A stretch of DNA of 24,000 nt from NCBI RefSeq assembly GCF_008824185.1, contig NZ_CP044425.1:387396-411395 (forward strand), written 5' to 3'. The notes under the pieces are model-generated. The model saw only the letters and a program-made list of their open reading frames with translations. It made no database searches and was not told the DNA's origin. The translations under genes and the position numbers were made by a program. The stretch is from Paracoccus pantotrophus (lineage in GTDB: Bacteria; Pseudomonadota; Alphaproteobacteria; Rhodobacterales; Rhodobacteraceae). Shown one piece after another: positions 17,932-24,000 of the stretch. Numbering within the stretch: the first letter of the stretch is position 1; each line of letters begins with the position of its first letter.

Positions 17932-18318
17932 ATGCAGAATCACGCCCGCATCCTTCCCTCGATCATGCTCGCCGCTGCGCTGACGCTGGGCGCCGCACCC
18001 CTGCTTGCGCATCACGGCTGGTCATGGGCCGAGGGCGAACAGACGACGCTGGAAGGAACCGTCGAAAGCGTCTCGATGAACCCGCCCCATCCTACGATCC
18101 AGGTCCGCGATGCCCAGGGCACCGTCTGGCAGGTCGACCTGGGCAATCCCAACCAGACCGCCCGTTCGGGCTTTACCGCCGACACGGCAGGGCCCGGCGA
18201 TGCGATCACGGTGATCGGCAATCGCAACCAGGATCAAAGCGCGCATATGAAGGCCGTCCGCATCGTGATCGACGGGCAGAATTACGACATGTATCCCGAG
18301 CGTATCCAGGCGGACTAA
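17932..18318 (+). CDS. Secreted small protein, DUF6152-like (function unknown)
   Basis: 128 aa with the SD AAGAGG. The signal peptide MQNHARILPSIMLAAALTLGAAPLLA is followed by HHGWSW. The beta-rich pattern (TLEGTVESVSMNPPHPTIQVRD..G..W.VDLGNPNQ..R.G......GD.ITV.G) resembles the DUF6152 family as I recall it. Confidence 0.7.
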   Translation: MQNHARILPSIMLAAALTLGAAPLLAHHGWSWAEGEQTTLEGTVESVSMNPPHPTIQVRDAQGTVWQVDLGNPNQTARSGFTADTAGPGDAITVIGNRNQDQSAHMKAVRIVIDGQNYDMYPERIQAD

Positions 18319-18323
18319 GGCCC

Positions 18324-18797
18324 GTGCAGGAACTCGCGGCCTGGGCCGAGGGCACCGCGCTGGCGGCGGCGCTGCGCCGGTCGGGCCATCTCTATATGGT
18401 GGTGAACGCCACGCATATCCTGGGCGTCGCGCTGCTCTTGGGCGCGATCGTTCCGCTGGACCTGCGCCTTGTCGGGATCGTCCGCGGCGGCGCGCTGCGC
18501 GTGCTGGCGCCCTTTCTGTCGCGCGCGGCGGGGATGGGGCTGGCCATCACCCTTGCGACCGGGCCGGTCCTGTGGTCGGTCGCGGCCCGCGACTACCTGG
18601 CCAATGCCGCCTTTCGCTGGAAAATCGCGCTGATCGCGCTTGGCCTTCTGGTCGTCGCCCTGCAACATGCCGGCAAGGGTTGGCGACAGGCCGTCGAGAC
18701 CGGGACGCCCGGCCTGGATGCCCGTATCCTGGCGGCGCTTTCGCTGGCGATCTGGCTGTCCGTGCTGCTGGCGGGGCGCTGGATCGGCTTTCTGTGA
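18324..18797 (+). CDS. Polytopic inner-membrane protein of unknown function (DUF6644-like; CopD/DUF2214-like topology)
   Basis: About 157 aa from the GTG at 18324, 6 nt after the upstream stop. It has four hydrophobic segments (HILGVALLLGAIVPLDLRLVG, AAGMGLAITLATGPVLW, IALIALGLLVVAL, LAALSLAIWLSVLLAGRWIGF). The start codon is uncertain. The 5' part of the 17793 track ORF overlaps the previous gene out of frame. Confidence 0.6.
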   Translation: MQELAAWAEGTALAAALRRSGHLYMVVNATHILGVALLLGAIVPLDLRLVGIVRGGALRVLAPFLSRAAGMGLAITLATGPVLWSVAARDYLANAAFRWKIALIALGLLVVALQHAGKGWRQAVETGTPGLDARILAALSLAIWLSVLLAGRWIGFL

Positions 18798-19059
18798 CGG
18801 CGCGCGGCAGGATCGGGAATCCCTGAAACGCCGGTATTGGACGGGCCGACGCGCCCTCGCCGGACCTGCCGTCCATACGGGCCGGCCCCCTGGATGCGAT
18901 CCGCAGAGATATAACCCAAGGGCATATTTCTGCGCGACCATGCGATAATATGGCAACCTTACCCGAGATAGAGTGCCGCTTCAGGACGCTTGCCGCAAGC
19001 GCCGGTCGGAGGAGGGCCGGACCCGCAACGGCATGCGGCGGATCATGGGAGGTTTGGCA

Positions 19060-20325
19060 ATGCTCAACAGACGGACATTCATCGCCTCGGGCTCGGCCCT
19101 GGCCGGGCTGGGGCTGGCGCGCCCGGCACTGGCGCAGCGCAAGGCGATCAGGATCGGCTATGTCAGCCCGCAGACCGGGCCGCTTTCGGCCTTTTCCGCC
19201 GCGGACGATTTCATGGTCCGGCAGTTCCTGGCCGCGGCGCCGGGGCTTGGCCTCGATGCCGAGGTCATCGTCAAGGACAGCCAGTCCAATCCCAACCGCG
19301 CCGCCGAGGTGGCGCGCGAGCTGATCAGCCGCGACGAGGTGAACCTGATCCTGGTGGCATCGACCCCCGAGACGACCAACCCGGTCTGCAGCGTGGCGGA
19401 ATCCGAGGAGATCCCGGTGATCTCGACCGTGGCGCCCTGGCAGCCCTGGTTCATCGGCCAGCAGGGCAACCCCGCCGATCCGGGCAGCTGGCAGGAATTC
19501 GACTATGTCTATCACTTCTTTTGGGGGCTCGAGGACAATGTCCGGGTCTTCATGAACATGTGGGACGCCGTTCAGACCAACAAGTCCGTCGGCGCGCTGT
19601 GGCCCAACGACAGCGACGGCAATGCCTGGTCCTCGGCGGTGGGCATGCCGCCGGCGCTGGCCGCGGCCGGCTACAGGCTGACCGATCCCGGCCGCTACCA
19701 GAACCTGACCGACGATTTCAGCGCCCAGATCAGCGCCTTCAAGCAGGCGCAGGCCGAGATCCTGGTCGGCATCCCGATCCCGCCGGATTTCACCACCTTC
19801 TGGACCCAGGCCCGGCAGCAGGGCTACCGGCCCAAGCTGGTTTCGGTCGCCAAGGCGTTGCTGTTCCCCGAAAGCGTCGCCGCGCTTGGCGAGCTGGGCG
19901 ACAACCTGACCGCCGAGGTCTGGTGGTCGCCGCAGCACCCGTTCCGCTCGTCGCTGACCGGGCAGAGCGCAGGCGAACTGGCCGGCGATTTCGAGGCGGC
20001 GGCGAAGCGGCAATGGACCCAGCCCGCCGGCTTCGTCCATGCGCAGTTCGAGGTCGCCGCCGACGCCATCCGCCGCACGGACGACCCGACCGACGGCGAT
20101 GCGCTGGCCGAGGCCATCGCCGCCACCGATCTGCAAACCGTGGTCGGCCGCGTCGCCTGGGGACAGGAGAACGTGCCCGAATTCGCCCGCAGGAACGTCG
20201 CCAAGACGCCGCTGGTCGGCGGGCAATGGCGCCGCATGCAGGACGGCAGCTTCGACCTGGTGATCGTCGAGAACGCTCTCGCATCCCAGATCCCGCTGGG
20301 CGACAGCCTCCGGACCTTGGCGTGA
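19060..20325 (+). CDS. ABC transporter substrate-binding protein, LivK/Peripla_BP_6 family, with a twin-arginine signal
   Basis: 421 aa from MLNRRTFIASGSALAGLGLARPALAQ (SD GGGAGG at 19047-19052). It is a type I periplasmic binding fold and the first gene of a five-gene Liv-type importer. Confidence 0.88.
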   Translation: MLNRRTFIASGSALAGLGLARPALAQRKAIRIGYVSPQTGPLSAFSAADDFMVRQFLAAAPGLGLDAEVIVKDSQSNPNRAAEVARELISRDEVNLILVASTPETTNPVCSVAESEEIPVISTVAPWQPWFIGQQGNPADPGSWQEFDYVYHFFWGLEDNVRVFMNMWDAVQTNKSVGALWPNDSDGNAWSSAVGMPPALAAAGYRLTDPGRYQNLTDDFSAQISAFKQAQAEILVGIPIPPDFTTFWTQARQQGYRPKLVSVAKALLFPESVAALGELGDNLTAEVWWSPQHPFRSSLTGQSAGELAGDFEAAAKRQWTQPAGFVHAQFEVAADAIRRTDDPTDGDALAEAIAATDLQTVVGRVAWGQENVPEFARRNVAKTPLVGGQWRRMQDGSFDLVIVENALASQIPLGDSLRTLA

Positions 20326-21044
20326 TGGCCCTGCTTTCGTTGCGATCCGTGTCGAAAAGCTTCGGCGCGCTGAAGGTCACCGACGATGTCAGCTTCGATC
20401 TGCAACCGGACGAGGCGCTTGGCATCATCGGCCCGAACGGCGCCGGGAAATCGACGCTGTTCAACCTGATCACCGGCAACCTGCGGCCCGATGCCGGGCA
20501 GATCCTGCTGGACGGGCGCGATGTCAGCGCCGATTCGGTCATGGCGCGCTGCGCGGCGGGCATCGGCCGCTCGTTCCAGATCCCGCAGCCCTTCGGCCAC
20601 CTGTCGGGCTATGAAAACCTGCTGGTCGCGGCGCGGTTCGGCGGCGGGCTCGCGGCGGCCGAGGCGCCGGAATTCTGCATGGACATCCTGCGCCGCACCG
20701 GGCTGGCCGGCGTGGCCGACAGTCCCGCAGGCGGGTTGCCGCTGCTCAGCCGCAAGAGGCTGGAACTGGCGCGCGCCATGGCGACGCGGCCGCGGGTGCT
20801 GCTGCTGGACGAGATCGCCGGCGGGCTGACCGATGCCGAATGCGTCGAACTGGTCGCCACCATCCGCGCCATCCACGCCGAGGGCACCGCCATCGTCTGG
20901 ATCGAGCATGTGCTGCATGCGCTCAACAGCGTCGTGAACCGGCTGATCGTACTGAATTTCGGCCGGCTGCTGATGATGGGCGATGTCCGCACGGTGATGA
21001 ACGCACCCGAGGTGCGCGAGATCTACCTGGGGGCCGAGGCATGA
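20325..21044 (+). CDS. ABC transporter ATP-binding protein (LivG-like)
   Basis: Walker A GPNGAGKST and Walker B LLLDEIAGGL are present. The ATG overlaps the upstream stop (TGATG). Confidence 0.9.
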   Translation: MALLSLRSVSKSFGALKVTDDVSFDLQPDEALGIIGPNGAGKSTLFNLITGNLRPDAGQILLDGRDVSADSVMARCAAGIGRSFQIPQPFGHLSGYENLLVAARFGGGLAAAEAPEFCMDILRRTGLAGVADSPAGGLPLLSRKRLELARAMATRPRVLLLDEIAGGLTDAECVELVATIRAIHAEGTAIVWIEHVLHALNSVVNRLIVLNFGRLLMMGDVRTVMNAPEVREIYLGAEA

Positions 21045-21754
21045 GCGACCCCATCCTGTCGGTGTCCGGCCTGACCGCGCATTACGGCGATTTCCAGGCG
21101 CTGTTCGGCGTCGACCTGGCGCTGGAACCGGGCGAGGTCGTCGCCATCATCGGCGCCAACGGCGCCGGCAAGACCACCCTGATGCGGGCGATCACCGGCA
21201 TCGCCCGCATCAGCGCCGGCCGCGTCCGGCTGGACGGGCGCGACATCACCTGCACCGCCGCACCCGACATCCTGATGGCAGGCATCGCCATGGTGCCCGA
21301 GGGGCGGCGGCTGTTCCCCTCGCTCAGCGTCGAGGAGAACCTGCTGATCGGCGCCCATGCGCGCCGCACCGCCGGGCATTGGAACCTGGAAAGCGTCTAT
21401 CGCCTGTTCCCCGCCCTGCGCGAGCGGCGCGACCATCCCGGCACGGCGCTGTCGGGCGGCCAGCAGCAGATGGTCGCCATCGGCCGGGCGCTGATGTCCA
21501 ATCCGCGCGTGCTGCTCTGCGACGAACTCAGCCTCGGCCTCGCCCCGGTGGTGATCCGCGAGATCTATGCCGCCTTCCCCGAGATCCGCGCCGGCGGCGC
21601 CTCGATCGTGGTGATCGAGCAGGACGTGGGCCAGGCGCTGAAGGTGGCCGATTACGTGCATTGCATGATGGAGGGCCGCATCACCCTGTCCGGCCGGCCG
21701 GGCGAGCTGTCGCGCGACGCCATCCACGACGCCTATTTCGGAGCGACCCACTGA
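21041..21754 (+). CDS. ABC transporter ATP-binding protein (LivF-like)
   Basis: Walker [10 protein letters not shown], signature LSGGQQQM and Walker [11 protein letters not shown] are present. It overlaps the upstream gene by ATGA. Confidence 0.9.
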   Translation: MSDPILSVSGLTAHYGDFQALFGVDLALEPGEVVAIIGANGAGKTTLMRAITGIARISAGRVRLDGRDITCTAAPDILMAGIAMVPEGRRLFPSLSVEENLLIGAHARRTAGHWNLESVYRLFPALRERRDHPGTALSGGQQQMVAIGRALMSNPRVLLCDELSLGLAPVVIREIYAAFPEIRAGGASIVVIEQDVGQALKVADYVHCMMEGRITLSGRPGELSRDAIHDAYFGATH

Positions 21755-22617
21755 TGTTTTCGCTGGATACGATCGTGCAGGGCCTGCTGCTGGGCGGGCT
21801 CTATGCGCTTTTCGCCGCCGGGCTCAGCCTGGTCTTCGGCATCATGCGGCTGGTGAACCTGGCGCATGGCGACCTGATCGTGCTGGGCGCCTATCTGATC
21901 CTCGGCCTCGGCACGGCGACGGGCATGAGCCCCTTTGCCGCGGCGCTGATCGCCATGCCGCTGATGTTCGCGCTGGGATGGCTCTTGCAGACCCGCCTGC
22001 TGAACCGCGTGCTGGGCGAGGACATCCTGCCGCCGCTGCTGGTCACGTTCGGGCTGTCGGTGGTGATCCAGAACGGGCTGCTTGCCGCCTTCACCGCCGA
22101 CAGCCGCAAGCTGGCGGCGGGGCCGGTCGAGGCCGCCTCGGTCGCGGTCGGGCCGGTGCAGATGGGCGTCATGCCGGTGATGACCCTGGCCACGGCGGTC
22201 GCGGTCATCCTGGGGCTCAACCTGCTGTTCTATCGCACCGCGCTGGGACGCGCCTTCCGCGCCACCTCGGACGATGCGGTGACGGCGCAGCTGATGGGCA
22301 TCCGGCCGCAGCGCATCTTCGCCATGGCCACCGGCATCGCCCTGGTCGTCGCCGCCATCGCCGCGCTCTACCTGGGCACGCGGGCGAATTTCGACCCGTC
22401 CATCGGGCCGGCGCGGTTGCTCTATGCCTTCGAGGCGGTGATCATCGGCGGGCTGGGCAGTCTTTGGGGCACGCTGGCCGGGGGCGTGGTGATCGGCCTG
22501 GCCCAGACCATGGGCGCGGCGATCAACCCGGAGTGGCAGATCCTGGCCGGGCATGTCGCCTTCGTGCTGATCCTGATGGTCCGCCCGCGCGGACTGTTCC
22601 CCCGAGCCATCGACTGA
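21754..22617 (+). CDS. Branched-chain-type ABC transporter permease (LivH-like)
   Basis: 287 aa. [40 protein letters not shown] is the canonical LivH-family N-terminus. The start overlaps the upstream stop (TGATG). Confidence 0.9.
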   Translation: MFSLDTIVQGLLLGGLYALFAAGLSLVFGIMRLVNLAHGDLIVLGAYLILGLGTATGMSPFAAALIAMPLMFALGWLLQTRLLNRVLGEDILPPLLVTFGLSVVIQNGLLAAFTADSRKLAAGPVEAASVAVGPVQMGVMPVMTLATAVAVILGLNLLFYRTALGRAFRATSDDAVTAQLMGIRPQRIFAMATGIALVVAAIAALYLGTRANFDPSIGPARLLYAFEAVIIGGLGSLWGTLAGGVVIGLAQTMGAAINPEWQILAGHVAFVLILMVRPRGLFPRAID

Positions 22618-22626
22618 AAGGGCGCC

Positions 22627-23667
22627 GTGATGAAGAACGCTTTTCCCGCATATCGCCCCCTGGCGCTCGCCGTCCTTGCCGCAGCCGTCCTGGCCATGGT
22701 GCCGCTGATCGGCCCGCGCGCCATGGTGCAGGATCTGTTCGGCATCCTCTGCCTGCTGGTGCTGGCGCTGAACTGGAACATGCTGGCGGGCTTTGCCGGG
22801 CTGGTCTCGGTCGGGCAGCAGGCCTTCGTCGGCATCGGTGCCTATACCATGTTCGCCGCCGTCATCCTGTTCGGGCTGGACCCGCTGGCCGGCGTGCTCT
22901 TGGGCGGGCTGGTCGCCATGGCGCTGGCCGTGCCGGTGGCCTGTTTCGTCTTTCGCCTGAACGGCGCCTATTTCGCCATCGGCACCTGGGTCGCGGCCGA
23001 GATCGCCCGGCTGGGCCTGGGCCAGTGGAAGGCGCTTGGCGGCGGCACCGGCACCTCGCTGCCCAAGGGCACCACCCGCGACATGCTGGGCGTCGGGCCG
23101 GTCAAGGAATGGCTGGGCGTGTCCAGCGCCGCGGCCAGCGACATCCTGCTTTACTGGCTGGCGCTGGGGCTGGTGCTGGTGACGCTGGGCGTGTCCTGGG
23201 CCTTCCTGCGCTCGCGCCTGGGGCTGGGATTGCAGGCGATCCGCGACAATGCCATGGCCGCGCGCGCGGTGGGCGTCGATCCGGTGCGGCTCAAGGCGCT
23301 GGTCTTTCTGCTGACCGCCTTCGGCACCGGCCTTTGCGGCGGGCTGCTGTTCATCCAGATCACCCGCATCACCCCGGACGCGGCCTTCTCGCTGCTGGAC
23401 TGGACCGCCTTCGTGCTGTTCGTGGTGGTGATCGGCGGCATCGGCACCCTGCCCGGCCCCATCGTCGGCGTGGTGCTGTTCTATGCGCTGGAGCGGCTGC
23501 TGTCGGATTACGGCAGCGCCTATCTGATCGTGCTGGGCCTGTTCGGCATCGCGGTCATGCTGTTCGCCCGGCGCGGCCTCTGGGGCAGCCTGTCCGGACG
23601 CACCGGGCTGGAGCTGCTGCCGCTGGGCCACCGCGCCCCCGACCCTGCATCGGCCGTCCGGCCCTGA
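22627..23667 (+). CDS. Branched-chain-type ABC transporter permease (LivM-like)
   Basis: 346 aa and hydrophobic, with NWNMLAGFAGLVSVGQQAFVGIGAY typical of LivM. The start is the GTG at 22627 or the ATG at 22630. Confidence 0.88.
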   Translation: MMKNAFPAYRPLALAVLAAAVLAMVPLIGPRAMVQDLFGILCLLVLALNWNMLAGFAGLVSVGQQAFVGIGAYTMFAAVILFGLDPLAGVLLGGLVAMALAVPVACFVFRLNGAYFAIGTWVAAEIARLGLGQWKALGGGTGTSLPKGTTRDMLGVGPVKEWLGVSSAAASDILLYWLALGLVLVTLGVSWAFLRSRLGLGLQAIRDNAMAARAVGVDPVRLKALVFLLTAFGTGLCGGLLFIQITRITPDAAFSLLDWTAFVLFVVVIGGIGTLPGPIVGVVLFYALERLLSDYGSAYLIVLGLFGIAVMLFARRGLWGSLSGRTGLELLPLGHRAPDPASAVRP

Positions 23668-23688
23668 GATTCACGAAAGGAAAGCATC

Positions 23689-24000
23689 ATGTCCTATTTC
23701 ACCGAAGCAGGCTCGGTCGAGGCGGTGAACGCCCGCATGGGCGAGACGACCGACGCCCGGCTGGCCGAGGTAATGGCCTGCCTGGTCAAACACCTGCACG
23801 CCTTTGCCAAGGAAATCGCCCTGACCCAGGAGGAATGGGAGATCGGTATCGACTTCCTGACCCGCACCGGCCGGATCTGCTCGGGCGAGCGGCAGGAGTT
23901 CATCCTGCTTTCGGACGTGCTGGGATTCTCCATGCTGGTCGATGCGATCAACAACCGCCGCCCCGAGGGCGCGACCGAGAACACCGTCTTCGGCCCCTTC
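23689..24000 (+). CDS. Intradiol ring-cleavage dioxygenase, hydroxyquinol 1,2-dioxygenase-like, N-terminal part (3' end outside the window)
   Basis: The ATG at 23689 follows the SD AAGGAAAG, and the frame is open to the window end. MSYFTEAGSVEAVNARM...LVKHLHAFAKEIALTQEEWEIGIDFLTRTGRICSGERQEFILLSDVLGFSMLVDAINNRRPEGATENTVFGPF matches the Dioxygenase_N region of hydroxyquinol/catechol 1,2-dioxygenases. It is absent from the ORF track because no stop is reached. Confidence 0.8.
   Translation, partial: MSYFTEAGSVEAVNARMGETTDARLAEVMACLVKHLHAFAKEIALTQEEWEIGIDFLTRTGRICSGERQEFILLSDVLGFSMLVDAINNRRPEGATENTVFGPF

Overview
High-GC (about 67%) alphaproteobacterial chromosome segment. Pseudoazurin, the gene content and the codon bias suggest Rhodobacterales or Paracoccus, but that is a guess. 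I saw no tRNA or rRNA genes, CRISPR arrays, IS elements or integrases.

Contents from left to right:
1. The 3' end of a CPBP (CAAX-type) membrane protease gene.
2. A roughly 1.8 kb stretch of decayed glyoxylate-shunt genes. These are remnants of isocitrate lyase, malate synthase A and a RamB/ScfR-like regulator, each with large internal deletions and frameshifts.
3. A cobalamin riboswitch driving a BtuFCD-type ABC importer, with a pseudoazurin gene apparently at the end of the same operon.
4. A long minus-strand phenylacetate (paa) catabolic block: penicillin G acylase (pac), paaX, an AT-rich control region, then paaJ-paaA-paaB-paaC-paaD-paaE, an extra PaaA-like ferritin-fold gene, and paaZ.
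5. A two-gene module of unknown function: a secreted DUF6152-like protein plus a polytopic membrane protein.
6. A Liv-type ABC importer operon running into a hydroxyquinol 1,2-dioxygenase-like gene that is cut by the window end.

I found no clearly new multi-gene system such as a defence island.

The observations most worth follow-up are:
- pac is physically linked to paaX and the paa genes.
- A perfect 13-bp inverted repeat with a 24-nt spacer sits in the paa promoter region.
- The extra PaaA paralogue has two predicted metal ligands substituted.
- A copper protein gene lies behind a B12 riboswitch.
- A whole metabolic module (the glyoxylate shunt) has eroded.
- The secreted protein of the unknown pair has a predicted mature N-terminus of His-His.

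All homology statements rest on my recall of family sequences, not on database searches.
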